From a virus (Duplodnaviria; Caudoviricetes), in the IMG/VR virus record IMGVR_UViG_3300042309_002107, positions 1 to 35,362 of that record: a DNA stretch of 35,362 bases. One strand, 5' to 3'. The translations under genes and the position numbers were made by a program. Below the pieces are notes generated by a model that was not told the DNA's origin, did no database searches, and saw nothing but the letters and a program-made list of their open reading frames with translations. This document shows positions 8,362 through 18,947 of the stretch, in pieces. Numbering within the stretch: the first letter of the stretch is position 1; the number at the start of each line of letters is the position of its first letter.

Positions 8362-9144
8362 CTATGATATTTTAACACTAGTCGGCAATAATTCCGTCAT
8401 AGGTTTAAAATCAGGATTTTCTAAAGTATATATTTCGTATATATTTTTAAACATTGAAAAATTCTTTTCAATTTCATTTACGAATTTTAATTCCCATCCT
8501 TTACCTTGAATTTTACCACCTTTACCTTCTCCACGTGTATTTGCTTTAACCCATAATATACCTGTGTGAGTTACTTTCTCATCATGTGTTTCGTTCCATG
8601 CTGTAGCATAAGCGGCTAATTGTAAATCATAAGACGTATGTAAACTGTTCGATGTCTTAAGGTCTAGCAACCATATGTTTTCAAACATTCTAACAACTAA
8701 ATCCGCAGTACCTGCGTATTTGTGTTCATCTGAGAATAAATGGTATTCAGTTGCGATTAATTCTGGTTTGTGAGTATTCCAAAAATCAGCAAAGCGTAAA
8801 ATCATTCTCCAAACATCTAAATTATACTTAGCATTTCCGAATTCATCAATCCAAGTAATTTCTTTACCATTTAAAAAATCATCTACAGCTTGGTGTACTT
8901 GTGTACCTTCATTTGCTGCTTTATTGGCAATAATATCGCTATTATGTCCTACATCTTTCAACCAAGAATGGAAGAATTGGTTTTTAGGGAAATAATTTAA
9001 AATTGACGTTACTGAAGGATAGTAATTACCTTCTCGTCTGTAAAATCTACTGTCCAAAACATTAACTTGTTTATCCCCTTCAGCGTATTCAACAATACGT
9101 TTAATTTTAGGGTCTTTGATAATGTTTACGTTTTTTTCGATCAT
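8362..9144 (-). CDS. PD-(D/E)xK exonuclease (Cas4/MGME1-like phage nuclease)
   Basis: YPSVTSIL, GTQVH, YAGTADLV, LLDLKTS and QLAAY motifs; no Fe-S cysteines. Confidence 0.85.
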   Translation of the reverse strand: MIEKNVNIIKDPKIKRIVEYAEGDKQVNVLDSRFYRREGNYYPSVTSILNYFPKNQFFHSWLKDVGHNSDIIANKAANEGTQVHQAVDDFLNGKEITWIDEFGNAKYNLDVWRMILRFADFWNTHKPELIATEYHLFSDEHKYAGTADLVVRMFENIWLLDLKTSNSLHTSYDLQLAAYATAWNETHDEKVTHTGILWVKANTRGEGKGGKIQGKGWELKFVNEIEKNFSMFKNIYEIYTLENPDFKPMTELLPTSVKIS

Positions 9145-10088
9145 ATTAATTGTAATTTTTTCTCAAGCAAACTCTGTAATGTCAGAGGTTCTGTGTGCTC
9201 AAGAGTATTTAAAAATGCCTCAAACCCGATTTCGTTTGCATCTTTACCTTCTAATTCTACCATATAAACCTCTTTACCATACGACATTAATTTTTCAGCA
9301 TGTTTAAGAGCATCTTTTTTAGCATCATTATCTAGTGCAATGTAAATTCTATCAACGCTTGATTTAACTAGTTTTTCCATTAATTTGTTATGTAACACTT
9401 TACCTAATAATGGAATAACGTTTCTTTTAATTGTGATTGCATCAAACATACCTTCACAAAGTATGATTGGTGCATCCCAATTTATATATAATTCTAAGCC
9501 TATAACTTCCTTAGATGCTACAGGTGGATTTTTATACTTACGATCTGAATCTTTATAAGCGCGAGCTACAAAATAATTTAATATTCCGTTTGCATCATAT
9601 GATGGAATAATAACTCTACCACCATACGATCCTTCTTTACAGAAACCAATATTGTATTTTAAAATATCATCCATAGTGACGCCTCGTTTCTTTAAAAATC
9701 GTAAAGCGTGTTTAGATTCAATTTGAGCTATTCTATCAGTAACGAACGTAGAATGGTCGTTAAATGCGATAAATTCGGCGGGTAAAGCGAGTACCTCAGT
9801 AGATACAATATCTTCCACATTCGTTGGCTGAATGAGCAGATTTAGGTCAGTAAATTTGTCTGGTGTTGCTTTTGCTTGTTTAAATAAGGTACGGATAGTT
9901 TTACCCTTAGTATCACACACCCAACAATGCCAAAAATTTTCCTTTTTAGCTGTGGTACGTAATGATACTTCTAGTTTGTTCTTGTGATGAGAACAAAACG
10001 GACACTTAAAAGCATAGTTACCTTTGCTTGTTGGTGTACCTTTACCTAAAACAGATTCTACTAATACTAGTAGAGCAGCATTTTCCAT
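9141..10088 (-). CDS. DNA primase (DnaG-type: Zn-binding domain + TOPRIM)
   Basis: CPFC...HCWVC zinc domain; GRVIIP, KYKNP, ILCEGMFDA, ALDNDA and KDANE. Confidence 0.92.
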   Translation of the reverse strand: MENAALLVLVESVLGKGTPTSKGNYAFKCPFCSHHKNKLEVSLRTTAKKENFWHCWVCDTKGKTIRTLFKQAKATPDKFTDLNLLIQPTNVEDIVSTEVLALPAEFIAFNDHSTFVTDRIAQIESKHALRFLKKRGVTMDDILKYNIGFCKEGSYGGRVIIPSYDANGILNYFVARAYKDSDRKYKNPPVASKEVIGLELYINWDAPIILCEGMFDAITIKRNVIPLLGKVLHNKLMEKLVKSSVDRIYIALDNDAKKDALKHAEKLMSYGKEVYMVELEGKDANEIGFEAFLNTLEHTEPLTLQSLLEKKLQLI

Positions 10089-10093
10089 AACCT

Positions 10094-10125
10094 GGAATAT
10101 AATAACTTATTTTGCCTCTATCAAA
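10094..10125 (-). promoter_or_regulatory. Candidate Bacteroidota-type housekeeping-sigma promoter for the primase/exonuclease pair
   Basis: Minus strand TTTG-N20-TATATTCC versus consensus TTTG-N19-21-TAnnTTTG; the last two bases mismatch. Confidence 0.3.
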
Positions 10126-10544
10126 TCTCTAGTAAAGAATTTACCTAGAATATTGTCGTTATATGAATATTTGTTTGATAAACATTCTTCTTTGCACTGG
10201 TAGTGCATTTCGTAGTATGTTAATTGCTTTTTAGTTGAGCATTGTCTATAAATCCAACAAGTAAAATTTTCCTCACCATATTGCTTAATATCAGCAAGCA
10301 ATTGCTTATTAGAACCCCAATATGTCTTCCAATCGCTTTCAGTACGAATTACTTCAAACGTTGGTTTGCGACCTGGTCCTGTTTGTTCAGCTAATTGTTT
10401 TTTAGTAAGTTTTTTCTTCTTATTATTCCAAAACACTTTTTTACCAACATAAAATTTACCAGTTACTTCATTAGTAATTTTATAAACAAAACCATAATAT
10501 TTTTCGGGATTGATAGTATCCCAAGTTTTCCATTTATGTATCAT
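10107..10544 (-). CDS. GIY-YIG nuclease family protein (Seg-like, short)
   Basis: YYGFVYKITN...FYVGKK, YWGS, a conserved E and YNDN. Confidence 0.8.
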   Translation of the reverse strand: MIHKWKTWDTINPEKYYGFVYKITNEVTGKFYVGKKVFWNNKKKKLTKKQLAEQTGPGRKPTFEVIRTESDWKTYWGSNKQLLADIKQYGEENFTCWIYRQCSTKKQLTYYEMHYQCKEECLSNKYSYNDNILGKFFTRDLIEAK

Positions 10545-10836
10545 ATTTGACTACAAATGTCATATCAGTATTTGGTGATATCATCATTGGTTTACCAAAT
10601 TTAGCTACAGCTAATAACTCATTGTTATCATTATATAAACCTAATGTTGTAACATAAGGTGTAAAGTAAGATTCTGTAGCAAAATTTCTTAATGAACCAC
10701 TAGCATAACTACCTATTACAATAGAAGGATTATAAGTTAAATTAAATTCACTTTCTCTTACTAAACATCTTACCTCATGTTCATCTATTAGATGTTCATT
10801 TTTAAAAGATAAAGTAAAATTTCCTAAATATGCCAT
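10534..10836 (-). CDS. Virion structural protein, C-terminal-type domain (paralogous to the C-terminus of 22386..23372)
   Basis: EFNLTYNPS...YVTTLGLYNDNNELLAVAK versus DFNYTTNPS...YVTTVGMYNDNNELLAVAK in the 328-aa protein. Confidence 0.8.
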   Translation of the reverse strand: MAYLGNFTLSFKNEHLIDEHEVRCLVRESEFNLTYNPSIVIGSYASGSLRNFATESYFTPYVTTLGLYNDNNELLAVAKFGKPMMISPNTDMTFVVKYDT

Positions 10837-11063
10837 TATACTGAAAGTATTTTAGTTGAGCAACAACAGTCGTTATTCTCGTTTGTTATTACAATTTGAC
10901 TAATATCTGTATTTACTCTATAAGTTCTACCAGCTTTCATATTAGCTAATGAAACATTTGATTCAAGCAAATTATCATCAGATATAGATGTTGTATAAAC
11001 ATTATACGGACCTGTAGATGTTGTACTTGAGTCAATTGTTACTGTTACTATTTTTCTAGCCAT
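10836..11063 (-). CDS. 75-aa protein consisting only of the shared TGP[FY]/CCC domain
   Basis: Similar to the N-termini of 11078..11860 and 19817..20767; has its own upstream motif. Confidence 0.75.
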   Translation of the reverse strand: MARKIVTVTIDSSTTSTGPYNVYTTSISDDNLLESNVSLANMKAGRTYRVNTDISQIVITNENNDCCCSTKILSV

Positions 11064-11067
11064 TTAT

Positions 11068-11076
11068 TATAAATAT
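11068..11076 (-). promoter_or_regulatory. ATATTTATA motif
   Basis: 4 nt upstream of the ATG at 11063. Confidence 0.6.
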
Positions 11077-11077
11077 T

Positions 11078-11860
11078 TTAACAAGAAGCTAAATTAGAAG
11101 ATGAAGTAGGATTAGTAATTGAACTATCAGCCCAAGTAAATGTTACGTTAGAACCATTTGTATTATTATCAGTCTTAACTAAGGTGAAGTTGTAAGTTCC
11201 TGGAGTTAATGTTATATATCCACTTGCAGTTCCACCAGTGCTAGTATATCCTTGTTGACCAGTGCCTGTAATAGTGAATGAACCATTTGCAGTTATGCTA
11301 TTAACTGTCATACTAAAGACAGCAGTACCTGTAGATGTACCAGCAGTAAAGTATGTAGCCCAAATATTAACAGAACCACCAGATACTGTTATAGTACCAG
11401 TAGCGTTTGCATTTGCTCCAGCAACAGGTACAGTTCCCAATGTAGTTGTACGGCATACACTTAATGATGATGCTGTTGGAGTTGGTGTTACTGGAGCAGA
11501 AGTTGGAGATGTAGTTGGAGCTGTTGTTGGTGCCGTGGTTGGTGATGTAGTTGTTGGTGCCGATGTAGGAGCAGTTGTTGGTGCTGCTGTTGGAGCAGTT
11601 GTTGGTGCTGTTGTTGGTGATGGCGTAGGGAAAATATAAGATTGCACAGCACAACAACAATCAGGATCTTCATTTTTAACTAAAACAGAAGTAGCGTTAG
11701 CTGCACTTCCTGTAAAATAAACCAGTAAACCAGCCGCTAGTGTACTTTGAGGTACACCACTTAACATTAAGTTACTAGGTCTTATTTCATCAAAATAGAC
11801 GCTATAAGTACTAGTACTTAATGTATCAATAGGTGTTATGGTTAAGTAATAATTTGCCAA
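11078..11860 (-). CDS. Putative virion surface protein: CCC domain + TAPT stalk + beta-rich head (260 aa)
   Basis: TTG start; TAPT repeats at about 11477-11630; Thr/Gly/Ser-rich C-terminal domain. Confidence 0.8.
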   Translation of the reverse strand: MANYYLTITPIDTLSTSTYSVYFDEIRPSNLMLSGVPQSTLAAGLLVYFTGSAANATSVLVKNEDPDCCCAVQSYIFPTPSPTTAPTTAPTAAPTTAPTSAPTTTSPTTAPTTAPTTSPTSAPVTPTPTASSLSVCRTTTLGTVPVAGANANATGTITVSGGSVNIWATYFTAGTSTGTAVFSMTVNSITANGSFTITGTGQQGYTSTGGTASGYITLTPGTYNFTLVKTDNNTNGSNVTFTWADSSITNPTSSSNLASC

Positions 11861-11874
11861 TTAATTTATTTTTT

Positions 11875-14800
11875 TTATTCACATGGACAATTGTCATTTG
11901 CTGAACTATAAGGACCAGTTGCTCCAGGATAATTTGATTGAATATATTCTAAAGTTACATTTGTATCAACTTTAGTTGAACATTCACCATTAACAGTTGA
12001 ATTGAAAGTATTTCCTGAGGCATAGTAAACATAATAAGTAGCAAAAGTTGAACAACCACTATATACATCATATGTTTGTGGAGATGTTGGTGGTGGAGTT
12101 GGTGCTACAGGACATGCTCCACAACTATTTCCAATATATCCAGTTCCTGGACCTAAATCAATATCATATGAAGGTCCAGATGTAGTTCCCGTTAATGTAA
12201 TACAAACATAGTTTCCTAAGTCAAATACTGAATTTAATGTTTGGTCAACAGTAAATCTTATTACTCCTGCACTTCCACCACTACAATAATTTGCTGTAAA
12301 GTACGCATAAGGAGGTAATGTTGGAGCAGGTGTTGGTGATGGTGTTGGAGCATTAGTTGGTGATGGTGTTGGTGCTGTTGTAGGTGCATTTGTTGGAGCT
12401 GGTGTAGGTGCATTTGTTGGTGCTGGAGTTGGTGATGGTGTTGGAGCATTTGTTGGTGCTGGCGTTGGAGCATTTGTTGGTGCTGGCGTTGGAGCTGTAG
12501 TTGGAGCATTAGTTGGTGCTGTTGTTGGAGCTGCAGTTGGTGACGGAGTAGGACAAGCAGCACATGCGTTTAACGATGTTATATTGTCTGCATTTGAGAA
12601 ATGGAATCCTTGTCTAACCTGACCATCGTATGCTACCCAGAATGATGTTGTTCCTAAACTTATCCAGTTAGATGAAGTTAAAGTACTTGAATTACAGAAA
12701 GTACTGTTATTTCCAATCATATTAAAACTACCTTGTGGACTGCTACAAGCGGCAGCTGCTGATACGTTTGAGTAAGCAACATTTGCACTAAATGGAGCTG
12801 TTGGTGCAGGAGTTGGTGCTGCAGTAGGAGCAGTAGTAGGAGCTGTAGTTGGTGCTGCTGTTGTAGGAGCATTAGTTGGTGCTGGTGTTGGAGCAGCAGT
12901 AGGAACAGGTGTTGTTGGAGCTGCCGTTGGTGACGGAGTAGGACAAGCAGCACATGCAGCTAATGATGTTATATTATCCGCATTTGCAAAATGGAATCCT
13001 TGTCTAACTTGACCATCGTATGCTACCCAGAATGACGTATTTCCAAGTGATATCCAGTTATTTGAAGTTAAAGTACTTGAATTACAGAAAGTACTGTTAT
13101 TTCCAATCATATTAAAACTACCTTGTGGACTGCTACAAGCGGCAGCTGCTGATATACTTGAGTAAGCAACATTTGCGCTAAAAGGAGCAGTTGGAGCTGG
13201 AGTTGGTGCTGTTGTAGGAGCTGTAGTTGGTGCTGTAGTTGGTGCTGCAGTAGTTGGTGCTGTTGTAGGTGCAGTAGTAGGAGCTGTAGTTGGTGCTGCA
13301 GTTGTAGGAGCGGCTGTTGGTGACGGAGTAGGACAAGCAACACATGCACCATTTGGTGTTGCGTTTCTTGATGTTCCTACTTTTGTGAAACTTCTTACTT
13401 GTGTTCCACTACTAATCCAAAACTCACTGCTCGGGTCAATTTCCGCTAATATTATATCACCACTTATTGATGTTGCTGCACATAAATCACCACCTACACC
13501 ATCAAACGAATAAGCAAAGTATGGAACAAATGAACCACCCGCACAAGCGTTGTCCGCACTTACATAACTTACATATCCTGTAAATGTTGTTGGCATTGGA
13601 GTAGGAGTTGGAGTTGGTGCTGTTGTAGGAGCTGTGGTTGGTGATTCTGTAGGTGCAGTAGTAGGAGCTGTAGTTGGAGCATTAGTTGGTGCTGTTGTAG
13701 GAGCTGTTGTTGGGGCTGTAGTTGGAGCTGCTGTCGGAGCTGCTGTTGGTGCCGCTGTAGGAGCAGGAGTTACTGGGTTACAGTTTACAAATGATCCTGT
13801 TAAATAAGTTACTTTATTATTTGGGTTAGGTGAGCTAATAGAATCAATTATAACATTAGAAACAACAGTATCTTTAGTTATTGATGGAGATGGATAAGGG
13901 ATATATGTTGTTCCATTCTCAGATGCTGTAGCAGCAAAAGTAGCTAACAAAGTACCACCATTATATGCTTTTAAAGTCATATTAACAGGATAATACAATG
14001 ATGATGAAACAGATCCACTTGCACCACTTATATTAACTCCATAAGGTGATCCTAAAGAATAATCTGTAAAGCAAACCTCAGTTAAATTAATTGATACTGT
14101 TACAGGTGAACTATATTGGAATACAGGGTATTTGTTATCTGGTGATTCAAAAGATTTAAAAGCAATATACCATCCAGGGGAAGCATCACTAAAGCTTGAA
14201 GTAGTAAAATTAGAAGCAAATGTAAAGAATGATGAAGTATCTTGAGATAAAAATCCTGATTTTAATGAAGCTGTATTATACAGTGAATTTAAATCTGTTC
14301 TTTGATCAAAAACATAGTTAGAATCTTCTGCTAAAGTATAGTAATCTACATCATTATAATAATACCAATCACTAGTATAGTTTTGATATGAAGTTTGAAT
14401 AGGATGTGAAGCCGCATTTACAAGAGAAGTTGCTGTAGTTGAATTTGAAAGAGACATTGTTAAAATATCTACTACAGATCCACTTAATGTTCTAAAGAAA
14501 GTTCTATAAGCATTATGCCCATTATATGATTCACTTATTGCATAGTAACCATTAAATACTTTTTGATCACCATTAGCATCATAATATAATGCTTTACCTG
14601 TAGTTAATCCTAATGTATTTGTATTATTAAAGAAACAAGTACTATAGTTAGGGTAATTTTCTACTTTTAACTCATGAGTAAAAGTAGTTCCGTAACTACC
14701 TAAACCTACTATAGTTTGTCCAAAACTTCCTGAGTTTACATAAGATGATGTTAAATTATTAAGTAAAGAAAGAGCTTGGTTGTCTGCATCTTCTTGTGAA

Positions 14801-16638
14801 GTATAACTTATTACAGCCCCAGCAGGTATAGAAACGTCTACTACTGCAGGGAAAGTTAGTAAATCTCCTACTTTATTAGGAATAACATTAGTAGATTTAA
14901 CAGTGCTTTTATAAACTCCTACACTACTTACAGTGTAATCAGGTTTACCAGAAGTATAAGGTAATATTAATAACTTTGTAAGATCTGTAACTAAAGATGG
15001 TTGATCAGGAGCCATTGATACAGCTGTACCAAAAGTAAGTGGATCTTGATTAATAATAGCATTAAATGTTTGAGCTACTTGTTTTTCTTGGGCTGTATTA
15101 TAATCTTTTTGATTATAAAAATACATACCATCACATAAATGCTCTGAAAGATAGTTAGTAAGGCCTGCGTTAGTATATACTCTAGTTCCGTTATTGATAT
15201 AAGGAGTATTAGTATATCTATAACCAAGTTTATTAGATGGTTCTTTAAAATTTTGTCTTTGATCTTTTGTTAAAAGTATTATTATATTAACAACAGCAAA
15301 AACAAAAAGGGCAAATCCAATAAAACTTAGAATAGCAGCAGAAGCAGGTGCTCCTGAAAGAGCTGTGTTTACAGCAAAATCCCCTCTTGAAAGAGCATCA
15401 CGTAAAATACCAAAAACTTCTTTAACAAGAGTTGTATTAAAAAGAGCAGGTGTTTTTAATCTTATTAAAGAGGCTCCGACACCCTCTGCAGCTTGTAAAA
15501 AACTACCAATAGCAACTCCTAATCCTACCCCTCCTGCAAATACAGAAATATAAAATTTTGCTACTTGGCTTGCTTGTTCTGCTTCTCCAAATTCACCCCA
15601 CCCAAGAGCTGGATTTCCAAATACAAGACCATCAGTTAATTTTAAAACAGCATGATTAAGTCCTGATATATAACGATTTATCTGGTTAGAATAGTCATAT
15701 GCAGTAAAAAATTGAGCAGCTTTTTGTTGATCAGTACTACTATATCCCATGTAGTATCTATAACTAGAAGGTTGGGTTACAGAAGATTTTGCAAGTATTT
15801 GAGTAATCTGATTTACTTTGCTTATAGTAGGAAATACAAAAGCTTCACTAAATTTTAACCCACCTGAAGTAGTTTCCCAAGATTTAGGTCCTTCTTGTCT
15901 CTCATATATGTGTGTTTTACCAAATAACCAATATCTTACGATTTCGTAAAATTTGTTAATACCATAAGATCTTTCTAATTCAGTTCCTATTTTATAAATT
16001 GAATCACCAAGATTATAATAATATGGATAAGCATATTGTGAAAGTTGAGGTGTGCTAAATATATTGCTTGTACCTGTAGTCCATGAACCTGAAGGAGTAA
16101 CTGAATATAAATAAGTTGTTAATGTAGGAGTATTAGCAGCGTCGTATGGTGAGTATACGTGCATTCCCGCTAGATATTTGTACATTGGTGTAGTACAATC
16201 AAATTGTATTTCTACACTTACATTTGAAGCAGGTACTCCACCTTTTTTAGCTAAACATACATTCATATTAAAGAATGGGCTTAGTACACTTCCATAGTTT
16301 ACTATAGCATATATTCTATTAGTACCACTATTTAATTTAATAAATTGACCAGGAAGTAATGGTGCAAACAAACCATTTAAACTTTTAGCATATGGAGTTA
16401 AAGCAGAATTTGGAAAAGCAATACTAGCTAAGTTAACATTATTTAATCCTGTAACTATAATATCAAAAGTAATATAACCGTATGTTGTATTTCCTAAGTT
16501 TATACTTCTATTTTTACTAGCCCATCTTACATTAGTAGTAGAACCAAAAGCAGCAGTAACATAGTCTGCCCCCGCTTGACTATTAGAAGTAAAATCATTT
16601 GGGGTAAATGTTAATGTTGTTGTATTACTAAGAGGCAT
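11875..16638 (-). CDS. Large putative virion protein (1587 aa) with hydrophobic segments, a DUF5977-like motif, three Cys-rich repeat domains and four TAPT stalks
   Basis: [21 protein letters not shown] hydrophobic helix; [21 protein letters not shown] (DUF5977-like from memory); repeated domains ending [10 protein letters not shown]. Confidence 0.85.
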   Translation of the reverse strand: MPLSNTTTLTFTPNDFTSNSQAGADYVTAAFGSTTNVRWASKNRSINLGNTTYGYITFDIIVTGLNNVNLASIAFPNSALTPYAKSLNGLFAPLLPGQFIKLNSGTNRIYAIVNYGSVLSPFFNMNVCLAKKGGVPASNVSVEIQFDCTTPMYKYLAGMHVYSPYDAANTPTLTTYLYSVTPSGSWTTGTSNIFSTPQLSQYAYPYYYNLGDSIYKIGTELERSYGINKFYEIVRYWLFGKTHIYERQEGPKSWETTSGGLKFSEAFVFPTISKVNQITQILAKSSVTQPSSYRYYMGYSSTDQQKAAQFFTAYDYSNQINRYISGLNHAVLKLTDGLVFGNPALGWGEFGEAEQASQVAKFYISVFAGGVGLGVAIGSFLQAAEGVGASLIRLKTPALFNTTLVKEVFGILRDALSRGDFAVNTALSGAPASAAILSFIGFALFVFAVVNIIILLTKDQRQNFKEPSNKLGYRYTNTPYINNGTRVYTNAGLTNYLSEHLCDGMYFYNQKDYNTAQEKQVAQTFNAIINQDPLTFGTAVSMAPDQPSLVTDLTKLLILPYTSGKPDYTVSSVGVYKSTVKSTNVIPNKVGDLLTFPAVVDVSIPAGAVISYTSQEDADNQALSLLNNLTSSYVNSGSFGQTIVGLGSYGTTFTHELKVENYPNYSTCFFNNTNTLGLTTGKALYYDANGDQKVFNGYYAISESYNGHNAYRTFFRTLSGSVVDILTMSLSNSTTATSLVNAASHPIQTSYQNYTSDWYYYNDVDYYTLAEDSNYVFDQRTDLNSLYNTASLKSGFLSQDTSSFFTFASNFTTSSFSDASPGWYIAFKSFESPDNKYPVFQYSSPVTVSINLTEVCFTDYSLGSPYGVNISGASGSVSSSLYYPVNMTLKAYNGGTLLATFAATASENGTTYIPYPSPSITKDTVVSNVIIDSISSPNPNNKVTYLTGSFVNCNPVTPAPTAAPTAAPTAAPTTAPTTAPTTAPTNAPTTAPTTAPTESPTTAPTTAPTPTPTPMPTTFTGYVSYVSADNACAGGSFVPYFAYSFDGVGGDLCAATSISGDIILAEIDPSSEFWISSGTQVRSFTKVGTSRNATPNGACVACPTPSPTAAPTTAAPTTAPTTAPTTAPTTAAPTTAPTTAPTTAPTPAPTAPFSANVAYSSISAAAACSSPQGSFNMIGNNSTFCNSSTLTSNNWISLGNTSFWVAYDGQVRQGFHFANADNITSLAACAACPTPSPTAAPTTPVPTAAPTPAPTNAPTTAAPTTAPTTAPTAAPTPAPTAPFSANVAYSNVSAAAACSSPQGSFNMIGNNSTFCNSSTLTSSNWISLGTTSFWVAYDGQVRQGFHFSNADNITSLNACAACPTPSPTAAPTTAPTNAPTTAPTPAPTNAPTPAPTNAPTPSPTPAPTNAPTPAPTNAPTTAPTPSPTNAPTPSPTPAPTLPPYAYFTANYCSGGSAGVIRFTVDQTLNSVFDLGNYVCITLTGTTSGPSYDIDLGPGTGYIGNSCGACPVAPTPPPTSPQTYDVYSGCSTFATYYVYYASGNTFNSTVNGECSTKVDTNVTLEYIQSNYPGATGPYSSANDNCPCE
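12541..13190. repeat. Near-identical ~260-nt direct repeat (12541-12800 vs 12931-13190), offset 390 nt
   Basis: Aligned by eye; includes a 92-nt identical core (12673-12764 = 13063-13154). Confidence 0.95.
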
Positions 16639-16653
16639 TATTCAATTATTTTA

Positions 16654-16662
16654 TATAAATAT
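16654..16662 (-). promoter_or_regulatory. ATATTTATA motif
   Basis: 15 nt upstream of the ATG at 16638. Confidence 0.6.
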
Positions 16663-16663
16663 T

Positions 16664-18940
16664 TTAAGGAGAAGGACAATTTGCTATATTACCATCACAG
16701 AATCCTATAAGAGTCTTAGACGCACCATTAATATAATAGACTGGATTTAAAGATCCACTTACTTTGTAGTATCCTGTTGTTGGATTTGTTGATAGTGCAC
16801 TATTACTATACCATGATGCACTATATAATCCACTAGAAGATACAATACTCTTATTCATGTATAAGGTAGTTGGAGTTAAACATGCTTCACAGTTTGCAGT
16901 TCCTACTGGATCTGAAGTGTAATAACAGAATGAAGCTGACATTATTGGTTTATCAATTATAGCATACATTACACTTCCTGAAGATCTTAAGTAGGTTGAG
17001 TAAAATGCAGATGATGAAATAATAGCATCGGCACTACCTGAAATTGTACTCCATCCTAAGAATGTAGATCCATTAGTTCCAGCACAGCCCATATTAATAA
17101 GAGTGCCATATGAACCAGTTGCAGTGTATGGAGAATTAACATTTATAGCTGGATCTTGTAACACATAAATGTATCTTGTAAGTTGACCTGTTGCTTCTGG
17201 ACTTAATTTAGATATTATAAAGTCCATACTTAATTGCATACAATCCAAAATTGGTTCATTTTCTATTATAAATCCTGTATCATCTTTAACAGCTATAAAT
17301 GAACCACTAGTTAAAGGAACAGGAGCTAACCATAAATAAGTTCCATCAACTGGACTACCAGGACTATCAATGTATAGATAGTTATTTGGATCTGTATTCC
17401 AAATTCTATTTCCGTTAATATCTTTGTATAAACTAGCTGAAACATATGGTGATGCACCTCCTTTAAAGTATACATAAGCTACGTTTAATGAAGGATTAAG
17501 ATTACAAGCAACAGATGCTGATACTACTACTAAACCAGTTCTTAATAAACTTCCAGTTGTTGTTGTATCACAAAGTATTGTAAAGTCTAATGCATCACTT
17601 ATACTTGCTGTAGTAGATTGATATTCAGCCATTATATAGTAAGGAGCTACACTAGATGTATAAATAAATGATATAGCACCCGGATCACTATCCCATCCTG
17701 AACTTGTAACTAATAAATCATTTATGTTGTAAATGTTTAATCTATTTGGTCTTCCATAAGCATCATAAAGTAATGTTACAGTATTACCATCAGTTAATGT
17801 AGAAGTACATATTGGGATCTCTGGGTATCTACCATAGCCAAAACTACCTGTGCTTAAAGTATATGTTGTGTTACAATCTTGACAAGTTTGAGGTGGATAA
17901 GCTGGATTTACAGATCCAGTTATTACATAAGATTTTCCAGCAGCATATGTTACAGGAGTACTTAAGTAAACACTTCCTCCGTTTTTATAGTATAAAGAAG
18001 ATGTATTACTAATTAATACACTATTTTCATATACCATAATATTACCACTACCTGTTACATAAGGTCCCCAAACATTAGAAGGAGTATCTTCAGCTAACTG
18101 AAGTTGAATTGTATCATTTGTACCAGCAGCAGCAGTAGTTGAAAAATCACCTGAGAAATAATACCAAGTATTGTTTACTCTAATGTTAGCATCTAAGAAA
18201 GCAGAAGGTGATTCATTCCACTCTTCTAAATGAATATTAATAGTTGCTGGTGTTGCAGTTGGAGCTGGTGTTGGTGCAGTCGTTGGAGCTGCTGTTGGAG
18301 CAGTTGTAGGAGCTTCAGTTGGAGCAACTGTTGGTGCCGTCGTTGGAGCAGCAGTTGGGGCTGTTGTTGGAGCAGCTGTTGGTGCCGTCGTTGGAGCAGC
18401 AGTTGGGGCTGTTGTTGGAGCAGCTGTTGGTGCCGTCGTTGGAGCAGCAGTTGGGGCTGTTGTTGGAGCAGCAGTTGGAGCAGTCGTTGGAGCAGTCGTT
18501 GGTGCTGTTGTTGGAGCTGTAGTAGGAGCTGCTGTTGGAGAAGGTGTAGGTGTTATAGGAGCAGTTGTAGGAGCAGTTGTTGGAGCTGTAGTTGGTGCTG
18601 CTGTAGGTGATGGAGTTGGAGATGTAGGAGAAGTTGTTGGTGCTGTTGTTGGAGCAGTCGTTGGAGCTGCAGTTGGAGCTGTTGTTGGTGCCGCTGTTGG
18701 AGCCGTAGTAGGTGCAGATGTAGGAGCTGGAGTTGCTCCTGGAATTAACCAAGCCTCATAAGGAGGACATTGATTATCAGTATATGAAGCAAGTGGAGCT
18801 GTTTGGAAAACATAATAAGTTAGACCCTCAGATTTAGTAACAATTTTATTACCTGTAGGAGCAGGATTACTTGGATTTACCAAGGCAGCTCCCATAGTAG
18901 CTAGTTCATCCCACGTTACTAAATAACCATTTATTTTCAC
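16664..18940 (-). CDS. Putative virion fibre/surface protein (758 aa) with a ~165-aa TAPT stalk and Cys-containing beta domains
   Basis: GTG start; repeats at about 18245-18740; lies immediately downstream of the S74 fibre gene. Confidence 0.85.
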   Translation of the reverse strand: MKINGYLVTWDELATMGAALVNPSNPAPTGNKIVTKSEGLTYYVFQTAPLASYTDNQCPPYEAWLIPGATPAPTSAPTTAPTAAPTTAPTAAPTTAPTTAPTTSPTSPTPSPTAAPTTAPTTAPTTAPITPTPSPTAAPTTAPTTAPTTAPTTAPTAAPTTAPTAAPTTAPTAAPTTAPTAAPTTAPTAAPTTAPTAAPTTAPTVAPTEAPTTAPTAAPTTAPTPAPTATPATINIHLEEWNESPSAFLDANIRVNNTWYYFSGDFSTTAAAGTNDTIQLQLAEDTPSNVWGPYVTGSGNIMVYENSVLISNTSSLYYKNGGSVYLSTPVTYAAGKSYVITGSVNPAYPPQTCQDCNTTYTLSTGSFGYGRYPEIPICTSTLTDGNTVTLLYDAYGRPNRLNIYNINDLLVTSSGWDSDPGAISFIYTSSVAPYYIMAEYQSTTASISDALDFTILCDTTTTGSLLRTGLVVVSASVACNLNPSLNVAYVYFKGGASPYVSASLYKDINGNRIWNTDPNNYLYIDSPGSPVDGTYLWLAPVPLTSGSFIAVKDDTGFIIENEPILDCMQLSMDFIISKLSPEATGQLTRYIYVLQDPAINVNSPYTATGSYGTLINMGCAGTNGSTFLGWSTISGSADAIISSSAFYSTYLRSSGSVMYAIIDKPIMSASFCYYTSDPVGTANCEACLTPTTLYMNKSIVSSSGLYSASWYSNSALSTNPTTGYYKVSGSLNPVYYINGASKTLIGFCDGNIANCPSP
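18328..18472. repeat. Perfect 48-nt tandem repeat x3 within the TAPT-coding tract
   Basis: Unit ctgttggtgccgtcgttggagcagcagttggggctgttgttggagcag at 18328, 18376 and 18424. Confidence 0.95.
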
Positions 18941-18947
18941 AGTCTAA

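Noticed and set aside
10107-10544. Group I intron or intein associated with the GIY-YIG gene
   Set aside because: The flanking genes appear complete, there is no non-coding space for intron structure, and no intein motifs were seen.
12541-13190. Diversity-generating retroelement TR/VR pair
   Set aside because: Both copies are in-frame parts of one ORF, the mismatches are not adenine-specific and many are synonymous, and no reverse transcriptase is in the window.
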